Assembly: GCA_002633005.1 (NCBI GenBank)
Contig: NMRA01000246.1
Location: 543,598-607,597 of the forward strand
DNA: 64,000 bases
Direction: 5' to 3'
DNA from: Phoronis australis
Taxonomy: Eukaryota; Animalia; Phoronida
The stretch's first letter is position 1. Every line of letters starts with the position of its first letter. Shown here one piece after another: positions 1 to 13,539 of this stretch. A program made the translations under genes and the position numbers. Under the pieces are notes generated by a model, which saw only the letters and a program-made list of their open reading frames with translations, had not been told where the DNA came from and did no database searches.

Positions 1-3000
1 ATCCCTGGAGAATAGGTTTCCACTCTAATACTGAAGAGCTCATAAAAACCATTCCATTTCGTGACACCGTTGCTGGTGACGCATTGTCAATATTATGTAC
101 TTCAAATATAACTTTTGAATTGGGATCCATAGGAAGTCTGTCTCCATTTGCAAGAGTCAAAGTCTTATTGTCATCGAGAACTGAATTTAGGTTCTCAATC
201 CAAACTGCGTCCACGGGACCATCTAAAGTAATCCACCAAGAGTGGTCTGCCTTTTTTAGCTTCAGACATCTTCGCCAAAGAGTTGAAAATATGCCATCAG
301 TCCAATCATTGGACGCAACATCTAGTCGACCAAACATTTGAGACGCAGTTATCGATTTGGGATTCATTCGTATCTCTTTATGAGGAGTCCCCATGTCCGT
401 AAGAGATTTTGTTAGACATGATATACAACACGATTTGCCAGCACCACTGGGTCCCAACACCATTATTCCATGCCGCACTAACGATGTCTCGTATAGCTGC
501 AGTACTTTCATTCTCCAAGGTGGATGGTTGATGAGGTTTGACTCCTCGATGCGATTCTGGACAGAACTTTCTAAACTCGGGTACCGTTTACTATCCATTG
601 GACTTCCGGGAAAAAGGTCCTCAATAAGTCGAAGAAACAAGGGTTCGTCATCGTCGATGAGTTTCGAAAGGTTCATGTTCCGCAGCACTTGCATCACAAT
701 CATCTTTTCTGTTTCTTCCGGGTATGCCCTTTTCTGCGTCCCGAGAGTACGGAGAACGGAAAGCATGTTACGTAAACCAAAGTCATAGTGTACTTGAAGT
801 GACAATTGTTCCTCACATAACTTATACAACGTAAAGAATTTCTGGGACAATATTTGGTTTTCCTGAAATCCACAGCTCGCCAGTTTGACACGGATAATAA
901 TTTGCCGATCTGGAACCATCATTGCTATAGTTCTAAACAACACTTTTAAGTTTTCGGGAAGTTCCTGTCTACCAGCGTATCCCGGGTTCATCGTTATAAA
1001 CACACCAAACTGCGGATTCATGACTGTTGAACATCCATCTGTGAAGACAAATTCTGTTTTTGATTCACGCTTGGCCAGCATAATACAGTGAATTTGGCCT
1101 GCGGCTACGGACAGCACGGGCAAAAGTATTCGATTAAATTCATCAAAGCAGCCCCATGTACCAGACATGGCCAATCCTTTAAAAATCCGGCCCAGTCCTC
1201 TGAAGTCCATTTGATCTGAGCAATTAAAAACCACTACGTACATGCCAAGGGCTTTTCCCATGTCTTTCACTGTTTCAGTTTTACCGGTTCCAGCCGGGCC
1301 CGCTGGTGCGGCACCCATTGACATTTTGAGTGCTTGTGCAATTGTTATATAACACCTGTCTGTCAGGGGAGTGATGACAAGCCTATCACAGCAACCCAAG
1401 AACTCGTTTTGATAAACAAAGAAAACATCTGTTATGGCTATTAGACAATCGTCTGAATCATCTTTAAAGTAGAATCGTATTTGTTTGAGCCATTCAAAAT
1501 CAGTGACCGAGCGAACATTCAGTTTTACCAGGCTTTCGAAAATGTCTCGCTGATGAACGTGAATTGTAATAACAGCCTCCAGCTTCTTCTGTTCAAATGA
1601 AGTAATGACCGTAGACGTTATCTTAACAATTGCGTTGAGGACGTTGTTGAATTTTTGATTAGCCAGGCTCATGCTTTTCTTGTCCGTTTTGGATGAATGT
1701 ATCGCATTCTCCGCATCCCGTGTCCAAATAAATTGAAGGCCAAGAATTCCTACTTGACTGGGAAAGTCTTGCAAGAATAAGGGCAAGTCAAATCCTGCTT
1801 CATTGCTTATGTATTTGTGGGCGTTTTTAATAACGCGATGCAATGCTCTCTGTTGTTTGGTAAGCAGGTCGGCTAACCAAGCCTCTACGTTTCCTTTGGC
1901 TACAACGTTACCGCTTTGTAAGGTCAGCTCTTCGCCTTCTTGTGACACAACTGCTGTTATATTGTCAGCTTCCTTATTGTGGAATATCACAAAAGCCACG
2001 TTAGTAAAGACACTACAAAGATGTTGCTGTATGTCCTTGGGATTGTTTCCGTGTCCCAGTATTTCTAGAAGAACTGAATCTGACACAAAAGAAAAACGAG
2101 GGAAGAGTGTCCTTTTAATCTCGAGATAACCAGCCAAGGACTTCTGACATATCTCCAGATTTTCTCTCATATGTGGTAGATGCTCGTATAAAGTAGTGTC
2201 AAACACGCAGCAGTTAATAACAGTCTTCACTTGACGAGCTCGATGCATTAGTTTTACCCATGAGCTGTCGATAGCACTGAAACGCTTCGCTTCCTGGGGT
2301 AGTTTTTTAGCAATGTCTCCTCTAATAAAAATTGCCTCTAAGTACACCCAAAGGTTTTGTACGTGCATCCACTCGTCTAGGACATCCAAAGCCATTGAAA
2401 GATTTTGAATCCATGTCTGAATACTTTCCTTAAAAGGCAAATTGTATCGATTGTTTTTCAGAGAAGACAAAATAATTAGACTGTCTTCTAATTTAGCCAT
2501 TACTTCCGATGTTTCATCTGTTTTCATAATAATCTCGCCTCTGTTTTTAAATGCTGCAAAAGACAAAGTTTGTGACGACCATTCGGCAATAACTAAGTTA
2601 AGTTTGATTGCAATGTCGTGTTCTTTTGTAGCGGAAATGCATGTGTCTTCAACGTGGTATTTGTATTTGAGTATGTTTGATTCCATAATATCTTTCAGGC
2701 AAAACGTTTCTGACTCGAAATCGAACTTATTCCCGGTGATTGCAGAGAGTCTGTCCCAGTGCCTCTGTGACAATGAATTGTTTGCCATCAAGTCCAGGAG
2801 AGGACAAATCTCAGCACTGTCGTCAATTTGCTGCTTTAGTTCAACAAATGCTTGCCAGTGCTTGACGGCCTTCGGTAATTTTCGACATCTGTCCTGAAAT
2901 TCAATTAACTGCTCTTTCATGGCCTCAGTGTTGACCTCTTTCCACATTACCGTATGGTAATTGGTGACTGTTCTCATTACGGTGTTGAAAAGACCATATA

Positions 3001-6000
3001 ATTTTTGCTGCAGCTGCAGTTCTTTCCCTATTCGAGTCAGGGTTGGGTAGTCTGTGACTTGCAAACCAAATAGCTCTTCACCAGTGGCGTTGGCTTCGTA
3101 CCTTTGATATAACTCATCAAAGCGATGCTGGAAAACGTTTAGTCTGTCGCTGGCATCTTGGGGATCTATGGCCTCTGCCATCGGTCCCATTGTGGCATAA
3201 TTTTCTTCATACTCGTCCACGCGTTTGGAAAAGTCCTCAACTGACTTAATCAATTGTTCTCTTAGAACCGGCTGTAACGTCACCAAAACGTTTTGCGCGT
3301 TATTTGCTTGATCTACAATTTTAGCCACGGCGTATCGCAAACCGTCTACTTTATGAACCTCTTCATTACATATTTGAATATCGAAGTGGGTGACCATCGT
3401 GTAGGCGTCTTCGATCGGTCGTATCTTCAAATCAATGTCTGTTTGCCATCCACGCACTCGCTCAAGTGACTTCATGACTGTGCGTACATCATCAAGGTTT
3501 TGAACAGGTTTGCTAAGGATTTTCATTTGGTCATCTGCAAACTTAGTTATATCAGTTACCAACGGTTGATACATGCTGTGCAACGCTTTCACGTACGCTA
3601 ACTTCCACTGCTTTATTTCCGTTGTCAATGCATATTTGAGATTGTTGGTTTTCATACAGAACGGGCCAATTATGAATGTCGAGGGCATCTTGGAAATTTC
3701 TTCCCTAGTTTTATCTAGTTCTTGCAGTTTTTGCTCGAACTCATATTGAATAGGTTGTGATTTCATGAAGACTCGAATCTCTTCCGATTTTTCTCTTGTC
3801 AGTAAGTAGTTGTAGATCTCAAACGTCTTCAGGATTTTGTTTACTTTATCTCTATAGATATTTACCGAGGATGATAATATCTGTAACAGTTTACCAATGT
3901 CTTTGTTTTCCACGACACCTTTATAGTAGTTCTTTGCGTTCCGTTGTTCCCAACTTGTTTGTCCTTCGTTTACAACGGTTGATTTAGACATACTGTCATC
4001 CGTTATGTCACCAGTTTTTGATGTTATCTGTGTCAGCTGCTTCCACATACCGACACCTTTAGTTGTTTCAATAATCGTCTTGGCAGCTTTCGATACGACC
4101 GCTTGAACTTCTTCGGCCGACGGTACCATGCTCACATGTGGGAGGTCTATGACAACGTCTGTCTCGAACACAGGTTTACACAATTGGGCGTAGTGATCAT
4201 CTAACTGTCGCCCTGTAGCAGCAAATAATAGCCTTCTCCTGAAATATTCCAGTGAATTTTTAATGGCTTTCAGTATGACTTCGCCATTCTTCTGTTGAAG
4301 TGAATAGAAGAAGTCTATACCTTCTCGTCGTAAGACTGATTTGCTACCATCCAGTTCTGTGCTGCTTAACTTTATCAAGCAGTCTTCATTAGACTCGATC
4401 GACACGCCTGCCTTCTTCAGAAATATTCGGAGCAAGGTGTTTGCCGCATCTTCTACTTTTCTGCTTCTATTATCAAACGCCCTGCTGCACTTTTCTGTGT
4501 TTTTCTTTACTTGTTTAACAAACTCCTCAATTGTCCAGGGTTTGTCCTTGGGAAGTTCGCAAACCAAATATTCGGAGATGAAAGCGAAAGACTCATCAAT
4601 GTATGTAGCTTTCAAATTTGACACAACTCTAACTAACTCTTTGAGATCTGTTAGATGATAATCCGCCTGTAGAAAAAACACATCGAGATTGATTGAAGAC
4701 CACGTGTAGTAGAACACACCGGACAGAATGATGTTCTCCACTTTTTCCACTGAATTTTTCATCAAACGCAACATTGAGCGAGGGATTTTGTCTACAGTGT
4801 CGCTGTATGTTTTCAGTATTAACTCCAGTTTGTGAACATATGTTTTATACTTGTTGCGGTTATAATGAAGTACCTTTGCTACCTCCGGCAACTCAAGTCC
4901 CATCTTGAGCATGACGTCACTTTCACGCATCGTTTCGTGCAACGACGGGTCAAAATTTACAAATAGATCACCCGTGTCGACGTTTCGTACTAAAATATGG
5001 GCGTTCAGGGCGTCTTCGATGTTTTCCAAGGAATTGGCCCAAGCTAAGTGGTACAACACTTCATACTCGAGCAAAGCAGATGCTGTTTTGTTGAACTGCT
5101 TGACGACTCGTTTACCCAAACTTGATTTTATTAGAGACTCCATTTCTGCAAAAATATTCATTGGTTCTCTTATTTTCAGGTAAAGTTTTCTAGCCCATGT
5201 AATTCGTCCCGCAATGGGAGGCATGTCTCGTAGTGTAGGCACCGCGTCTTTAAATTTCTCGTAGCGCTGTGATATATCATTCACTTCACGTGCGTATTGT
5301 TGGAAGCAATTGACGTATTTTTCTTCAAACTCTATACTAGGGATGTTGAGGCGCCTGAATCTTTGAAGGAACGATAATGCCGTTAATGAATTGGGTGCAG
5401 TGCTGATGCTCTTGTCTACGTAATCTTGGATTTGATCTTTAGTTATCTGAAATTGCATTTGAAAGTCTTCGTAGTCTAAATCAAATTCGGCATTACGAAG
5501 GTCTAATGCGTCGATCTGTTTCTTTTTAAAGGTTTTCAATGCAGCATCAAATATGTGTGCAAAATACTCCATTCCATCAATGCTACAATCAGTCAGAGCT
5601 GTGTATATCTCTGCTGCCTCCAGCATGTCCTTTAATTTTCGCAGTCGTTTGCCGAAAAGTTCAAATTTTCCGAAAATGTTTCTCTCCGAGAATCCAACAG
5701 ATGAGCCGTGAAAGTCAGTTGTTTTCTGTTTTGCTTCCTGGACACAAGTTTGGTAATGATTGTACAAGTCGGTACATGCTTTGATTTTTTCAAGGATTTC
5801 ATGAATGGGTTGATCCCACACCGAAACGTTTGCTTCACCCTTCAGAAAATCTTTGCAAGATTCGACAATTTGGTTAGTAACCTTAATAAATAAAGAAGCC
5901 ATGCGCTCTGATGTGTGATAGAATCTTGAGTTGCGCTGAATCATGTTGATTGCGTGCACAAGAGATGGTAGTCCTTTAGCTATAATTTTCGGATCGGATT

Positions 6001-7027
6001 TGTATAGAGGTTCACAGAATCTGTCAAGCGTGTACAGATATTTAACGTTGTCTTTTGCCTCGTTTCCCGCCTCTGTTATTCTTCTATCGACAGCTTGCCA
6101 TTTTCTTAACACTCGAGATTTGGCAATGTTTAGAATATTAATTGCCATTTTGCAGTCGTGGCCTTTGATTTGGTCAACTATGAAGTTAAAAGAAGCAGTT
6201 AATCTTCTCCAATGTTCCAGTTCACACATAGGACTGCTGTAGTCATTTTCCCTTCTCATGCGTCTACACGTTGCTAAGATCTGCTCAATCTGAATGCACC
6301 AGCTGTCAACCAAGTCTTCAACGATGGCTAGCTTTTCAGGTGATCCGGCAATCTCAGCGCAGTGTGCGGGCGTCATGACCTTGGTCAAATTAAGGTTAAC
6401 TCTACCTTCGAGCTTTATTGTGCCTTCCATGCTGGCATGTGCCTTGTCCAGATAGTCAAGGAACGAATCAATTTCTTCAATTAAGCTCTGTTTTCCTTCC
6501 ATGCAATTTATATGAATGTTACTGCCCTCGCCATCCCAATGCTGAGCTGCCGCAAGGGCTGGACGGAAGACAGTTTTTGTCACGTGGGTTAACCCGACTA
6601 ACAATCCGCGCGAAGAGTCAAGTGTGCCAAAAGATATTTCTTCGACAGCGTTTGTCAGGGTAATATCGTTTTCTTTTCTTCTTTTCACAAAATACAAACA
6701 CATACCCTTAAGAGGGATTGTGCCGTGGCAGTCGGTTATAAATAATCTTTCGGTCCCTAAATCGCCTTTGGATATGCGACTGCTACTTGGTCGACCTGTA
6801 GGAACCGCGTTGGCCTCTTCTGACTGCTGATAATAGAATACCAAAACTTGCTCTCCGTTGGCACTACAGAAATTTTCCAGCTTCTCGATCTGAGTGTCGG
6901 ATTCACTCACGAAATCGGACACTGTTTTGACGTCTATGCGCAGGTAGGTTGCTAAATACGTGAATAAGTGCTTGTGAATTGGAGTAATCTTCAGAGCACG
7001 AAGCTCTCGCAACTCTCTAGGGTTCGC
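1..7027 (-). CDS. DNAH5: Axonemal outer-arm dynein heavy chain, DNAH5/DNAH8 (gamma-type)-like; giant exon covering the tail, linker, AAA1 and AAA2, truncated by the window edge
   Basis: Minus-strand translation gives NEAKDNVKYLYTLDRFCEPLY (tail), FPRFSFVSDSVLLEILG, ITIHVHQRDIFE, the AAA1 P-loop GAAPAGPAGTGKTET (~1270-1320), the AAA2 P-loop VRHGIMVLGPSGAGKS (~432-478) and LDGPVDAVWIENLNSVLDDNKTLTLANGDR (~140-230). Splice acceptor ttttcacag|GCG at 7027. The codon phase is the same at 7027 and at position 1, and the ORF track lists no stop-terminated ORF in this frame. DNAH5 vs DNAH8 orthology is not resolved. Confidence 0.93.
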
Positions 7028-7456
7028 CTGTGAAAATATAATATCACATTCTTCCTGAACAACGGGTATTGAAAAAAGTTGCAACATAATATTCTGCAGT
7101 TGTGTTTTACGGGAATTTTCGTTTTAATGAAATTAATCTCACGTATCTTTTGTCGTCACATCATGAGGAAACATTGGTAAGGCGGCCAACCAGTTTCTGA
7201 AAGACGAATGTTGGCTGCACCCCTACTTCGAAATGCCAGTGCCGTAGTTTTGGTTATTCTCCGGATCCCCTTGCTCAAGCTAGCGAAATCAACTGATGGT
7301 ACTTATGTTTTCATGTGCATTTACTACCTTGTTTGAAAGTTTTCATCTAATCTTATTGCTTTTTAACTTTTCCACCACAAAGAGAGGTCTGTGCTGTCGA
7401 TAAACAATTAATTGACAATGGTATGTAAACATCTGTTCAAGTTTGTTATAACGTAC

Positions 7457-7591
7457 CTGTATATGACGTGCGACCGATGGACAAATTGAGCCCAGGCGAG
7501 TGCGCTGCCGCTGATATCGTGGCGGACTGCTGGAGTTGTTTATCGCCATATGGTAGTTTCCGGCGATGCGACCTGTGCAGTGTCGAGGCAT
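7457..7591 (-). CDS. Probable first coding exon of the dynein heavy chain (MPRHCTG...RHIQ)
   Basis: ATG at 7591, 45 codons, then donor CAG|gtacgt at 7457 in phase 0, which matches the phase-0 acceptor at 7027. An upstream acceptor tttttcactacag| at 7698 implies a further 5' UTR exon. The peptide has no recognisable homology. Confidence 0.5.
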
Positions 7592-8063
7592 TGTTTTGGT
7601 ACTGTTTTTCTATCTCGCTAAATCTCGTGGATGAATTAGAAACGTATTGCGTAGTTTCAGGTTCTAGACAGCGCCGCTCTACTGTGACGATCGGTCACCT
7701 GTAGTGAAAAAGAATCTCGTTGATGAAGTGAAGGTACAACACTGTGTTTGATTTGTTTGTCTGAAAAGATTATTTTCGATGAGATAGTTAATAATACAAA
7801 ACATGTAGCCGGTAATAAAGTGATGTATAGGCACGGAATTTTATCCGTTAAGTCTTAGCAATATATCCTGGGGCGTCTAACTTTTTGTTTGTGCATGTGT
7901 GACTGCGACTCGCATAGGTTTTTTGTTAGCTAATATGTGCACTATTTCACCGTGCATCTCAGCGTTTTGAGATAAAGTAAAAGCGTTAACATTTTTTTGA
8001 GTATTTTGCTAACAAAATACAACGGCGATTTTCAAGCAGACTGTCACTTACAGAGAAATTGCG

Positions 8064-9708
8064 TTATCGAAGACATGACATGACGTCACAAAGCCTCCTC
8101 GTCCCAATGACCTGAACTGCCGACGTCAGAGCCATGTACTTCGCTTCCGAAGTTGATAGTGCCACCATGACCTGTCTCTTTCTCCCACTTTCTCTACAGT
8201 TTCGACTTCTTCTTCTTCTTTGTTTGACTAGTCGACCACATTTTCTTTCTGGTGACAAAAACCAGTTTCATCGAATGTCACACCCCGTCGAACTACTAGC
8301 TTCCGACGACTTTCGTCGAAAAGACGATAACCTTTGATGCCAAACATGTTGCGTCGTTCGTTGTCAGGCACTTACTTATATCCAATACAGCCGAACGCTT
8401 TGAGATCGTAGACATCTGGTTTTTGTCCATACCATCGCTCGTTCGGCGTGTCGCCGTGCTGGTAGTCATCAGCTGTTACCACTGCCTCACCCCAGTATGC
8501 CTTGCTAAGGTCAGCATTAAAGACTATGGATCTTGCCGCGTCCAGTAGCGTTCGGTTCATCCGTTCAGCAACTCCGCTTTGTTGCGGTGAGTATGGAGCA
8601 CAGATCTCGTGACTGTCTGATTCCCTTTTGCTTGCGAAAATTCTCGAACTCTTGAGGTCTATACTTGCCACCACCATCAGTTCTCAGTGTCTTAACTCAA
8701 AGTTTGCATCGGTCCGCAAACGTCATTGTGCACCAGTTGTAGTCTATCCGTAGTTTGAATTTCTCCCACTGGAAATGAGTCACGGATCTCTTTTCCTTCG
8801 ACACACGCTTGACAAAGTGTAAGCTTGTCGTCCTTTACTGTTGTAACGCCGTTCTTTAATCCATTGCCCACCATTTGTCTGAGACTCGCTTTCCTTCGTT
8901 AACATGACTTAAGCGCTGATGCCACAATCTCAGTCGTTGTCGTTTTCCGCTGTTTGTGCGTTCTTTTTTTACGTGTAGTTGAGTTGGTACATTTTGTTTA
9001 CTCGTGATCCAGTTGCAACTATCTGCCCGTATGGAGTCTTCAACCAACTGTTCTTCTGACCAAATTCCACTGGCAGTTTCTGGTCAGTGGAGCTCCCACA
9101 CTAATAAGATTGCAAAATAGCTTCGGTACGTTGACTTTCGTTCTTCAACATCCCTGTTTTTTTCCATGAGCCAATTGCAGAATGATATTGCCTGTGCTAA
9201 TTGATTCAATTGTTTTTGCATCTCCCAACGTTACAGTCTCCTTGTCAGTGAACTGCTGAATCTCAAAGACAGTCCATGTGGTTGGTCATATGACGAGACG
9301 CCCAGGAGTCTATCAGCCATTGTTTGTTTTCGCAGATGATTCCAGTCTTGGGCTTGAATACGATGTCCATATAGATATCGTCAACATATTCCCAGCCTCC
9401 ACCGCGACTTCTTCCTCGACTGTCCCCTACTTCTTTAGACGCCTTCTTGGTTTACTGAAGTCCCATTTGCTGGTCCTCCAGCGTCGCAGCTTGTTGAACT
9501 TCCTTCCACGTAATCATTGGACCACGCGATCAAATTGCGTTGAAGCTTGGTGGAAGACTTGCCAGCAGACATAAATCACTTTCATGTCATACATGTTTTC
9601 CTTGACGCAGCCGCTCTCTTTTTGTCGCATCTCCTTAACTTGCGAACGCACCAGCAACGTGTTTTGCAAAGTCTTGACTTCGAATTCCCTGACCAGTCTA
9701 TCCCACAC
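8064..9708 (-). mobile_element. Degenerate Ty1/copia LTR-retrotransposon internal remnant (gag, protease, integrase, RNase H fragments; RT deleted)
   Basis: Copia domain order on the minus strand: gag MWDRLVREFEVKTLQN, protease WLIDSWASRHMT (~9285-9320), pre-integrase LWHQRLSHVN...CQACVEGK, integrase LVHNDVCGPM and APYSPQQSGVAERMNRTLLDAARS...YWGEAV...DLKAFGC, RNase H VALSTSEAKYMAL. Many frameshifts; no LTRs seen. Confidence 0.9.
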
Positions 9709-11241
9709 GGCTTACATGTAGTTTAAAGTGTTTTTACCACGAAACGAATTTCTGAGCGAAATTCAATACGGAAAAGTTAGCACTTCAACGCACCCCCCAA
9801 AAAACCAAAAAAATGCGTGGGGAGCGTGTCACGAGCTTACTCTTTTGAAATTGACGTCTGATTTATCTTTATTTGAATTATGGCCGTGTAACCCCTCTAA
9901 TGAATCCCACAAAAGATAATTTACAATAATATGCTCATGATTGTTAAGTTCTATACTATGAATACCGTAAGCAAATGTCTTTAAAAATATAGGCACAAGG
10001 TAATTATGTTTTGAACTACCAAAAATGTCACTTTCGGCAGCTCAAACTTATCAACTGATTGTACAGTACAAATAACGTGGCGTGCACCCTATTTAGTCAG
10101 ACAAAAAATCGAATTTGTTACACTGCCGTTAGGAACACTGAGGAAAACTTGTTCACAATATGCTTGCGGTTAGCTCGTTCATAGTTGTCCACATTTTCAA
10201 AGGCCTATCAAACGTACACTTTGGCAGGCCCTTTCCCTGTCCCATACAAATCGTACTTCCAAAAATGTTGACTTTTAAAGACAGTATTATAGGCCAAACA
10301 CGCATAGTTGAAACACGTGCCTTACTAATTGAAAGGATACAAAACCCGGTTATGACCTATTAACAGATATCAAGAACGACTTTACAATCCAGATCACTGA
10401 AACAAAATAATGCACTGCTAACTCTCGACAAAATATTCTGAAATTCCGCAAGTGTACAACAAAATTAATTTTTTTCTATATGGAAATCAAAAACTCAACC
10501 CAAATGAAAATAAGGTTTTATTCGAAATAGTATCAAAATTTCTTTATAATATTAAATCTCTTTGTGTGAGTGGATAGAATTGTATAAATGCGTATGAAAA
10601 TGATTTATTTACTTTCGTAATCATATGTCATTGTAATCTTGACAACAGTTTTTTTAATTTATGTATTTGTGTAAAATAATTGTATATAGATTTCTTTGTA
10701 CTTTTTTAACCCAGACATTATGCCTCCTCTTGGCGCTTTCTGGGTTATGTATATTCATTGTATCAAAGATTTCGTTATAAACATTATAAAAAACTCTTGA
10801 CAACCCTTGGCTCACAAATCTGGAGGAAAGTTTGAAAACTCCTTTCAAAGGCTGCTTAACGGGCAAGGGTCACTTAAGCTTTTTGCAAATTACACGGCAA
10901 CTGGGGGAAAAACCACCTACCAAAGACAATAATATACAATCTGTGAGATAGGGAAGATATTAGTTGATTCCTGTCCGTTTAACTTGCAAGGTTGACGCCA
11001 ACGATGCATTAGCAGGCAGAGCAGTCCGGTTGAAATAATCAAGGTTTGGCATCCTTTTAAGAAAAAAAACGCCCACCCGCATCAGTTTTCAGCCAAGGTC
11101 TTAAAACTTTTTTCAAAAGTCACCCAAGGAAGTTGGCCACAGGAAACCTGACAATTGACCGTGAATGGCCCACTCGACCACAGACAATCACATCATTGCG
11201 CATGCACCACCGAACACGGCTTGAGGTCAGAAGAAAAATCC

Positions 11242-13539
11242 CAGTGGCAGATCTTCCGCATGGTTCAGGGGGTTCAAACTCCCCCCTTGGGACAGGATCA
11301 GATAAAAGTAACAAAAAAAACGTCGCCAGCAAAACAAAAAGGACTCCACCAGCGTGGGTACACCCCAAGTAAACCACCTTGAAAAATATGACGGTGGTTC
11401 ACCCTAAAAATATTGCTATTTGCTGTAATCACGAAAACATAAGCATTTCGAGTTTTCGTGACTCATCGATAAGTTGTGCTGAGTTCCACTGTGTGCGAGC
11501 TTCCGTCGACACTTCTGAAGTGGACAAGCACTTTAGATCCGGGACCCACCGCGGAAAATGCAAACATCTATAGCTGATTTCTTTAGATAACTAGCGTCTT
11601 TACTCAAAAATTTGTAGTCATGATTAGAGAAAATACTGTGGTACCGCAACCCTGATATTCAGGTGAATCGACGCGCAACGTTTTTATCTCATCTGTCATA
11701 CCTTGTCACTGGTGCTATTACACTCCACACGTTTGTAACTTGAATTTGACTGGTGTATAATAAAGATATCTTGTGCGATAAACATACAGTGTACATGTAG
11801 TGAGTTTGTTTTAAAAAACGAACAACTGGTTTTCCGAAGAATGGTTTGTCCCTTGTAAGTGATGTGGCGAGCACTGTGATTTGGTCGCGAGTCCATTTCA
11901 AGATAGACCCTCTAGCAAGTTAGGCCTCTGCAAGGAATGAACCCGGGGAACACTCACATTGACAAGGTGATCGCATTCGCGAAGAGTGTACAGTCCCATA
12001 TATTGTGTGTAGCTTGAACTTTTTCGGCAAGTCTTGCGGGACTCGCAAGGTGTTCAATAGGCCTCAGCACTGACTGTTCTCCTACCCGCAATAAATATCT
12101 CTGCCGGGAATTTCCACAGAAAGGCCCACCCAATGAAAAGCCCATGCCATAGACGTTTCAGTGGTGTTACAACTTCGGGTTTCAAGTGTTCAGACATTGC
12201 GACATTTATTCGGAAAAGTTCATCTTAAAAATCCGTTCAGTATCAACTTGTAGTCACAAATTCAGTTTGTGGAGCATATATCATTTGTCAAACTTGGTAT
12301 TTATAGCTTGAAAATAAAAAACATGGTTTTATGCTGAAAACGCTGATATTTTCATAGCAGCTTTCCGTTTACACGCCCCCCCCCCTTCCGAATAAACGGC
12401 CGGGCGTTTATTTGGAGATACTGTCAATGAGAAGGGCATAACGCATAAAATACATGTACATGTAAGAGCAACCACTGGGGATAAAAAAGTGTCATGGTAG
12501 CAGTTTTCATTCTAGTGGTCTCCCATTGTAATATTTACGGGAACAGTTCGTTATCACAATTATTGCCAAAGTGTTTGGCGTGGTAACTGGAGTTGTGCGG
12601 ACGGGTGCTGTAATTTTTTATTTAAGTTTTCCCTGTTCACTTTTATATTTTGACCAATTTCAAATTTTTAATTTTGACCAATAGATTTCCTATTTTGCAG
12701 AGCTTTATATCATACATGTACTTTATAGATCTGTTTGCCACAGTGTGCTTTGTAAAATTATTTACCTCGACTATTTTTGTAGACATATTTAGCATATAGT
12801 GTAGTTTTTGTCTCGCTACGCACATGTACCAGTCCAGCTTATTTGTGTAGACACCGATTCTCATTGTACATCTGGTCCCACGAAGAACTGATCTTGGTTA
12901 TTTTTCACCACATTGTACAGTATGTTTTGGTTCCGTGAAAACGTTTCAGGTGATTTGCTTTCGGATACATTTGACGTTTTTCAATTGTTGTGACATACGG
13001 TAACCCAACAGCTAACGTGATTCAGCTTATTAAAGTGATATTGGCGCTTTTACTAATAGATTACGCGATCAAATCACCCTCGTTCGTCATTTTTCTCGTA
13101 ACGAGAGAGAACATTTGTTTGTTTTGCTCCTTATGCTCTTGAACATTTGGTAGGCCTAGTTGTTAACTCTTTATACACAGCGCACTACACCTTTTCGTAT
13201 ACGGTGTTTGTAGACAGATGTTCCAACTAAAATTTCGCCGGTGGTGTGACATGTACCTAGAAGTGCACAAATCGGACCTTATGAGCCAAGTTCATGAGAC
13301 GAAATCGAGAAGGGTTTTAAATCATCTTAAGACAAATTCCACAGACACGTTAACTGCCACAGACTAGCCAGGATGCATGGAAATTGCACTACCTGGCTAC
13401 AAAAACAAAAAATTTTGTTACACGAGAGATCGAGGCACACCCCCTCCCAACCTCCTCCCGCTCGGCGCTACGCGCCTTGGATTCGCGCTCCGGGCGAATC
13501 CTGAACCCTCATCCTACTGAAAACGTGGATCCGCTACTG
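11242..13539. mobile_element. Non-autonomous TIR DNA transposon (~2.3 kb) with 5-bp target-site duplication AATCC (hAT5-like?)
   Basis: Left end CAGTGGCAGATCT; right end GGATCCGCTACTG (reverse complement CAGTAGCGGATCC). AATCC lies directly outside both ends. G/C-run subterminal sequences; no transposase ORF. Confidence 0.65.

Noticed and set aside
84-6830. Many short plus-strand ORFs in the ORF track
   Set aside because: They are antisense shadows of the dynein exon and carry no motifs of their own.
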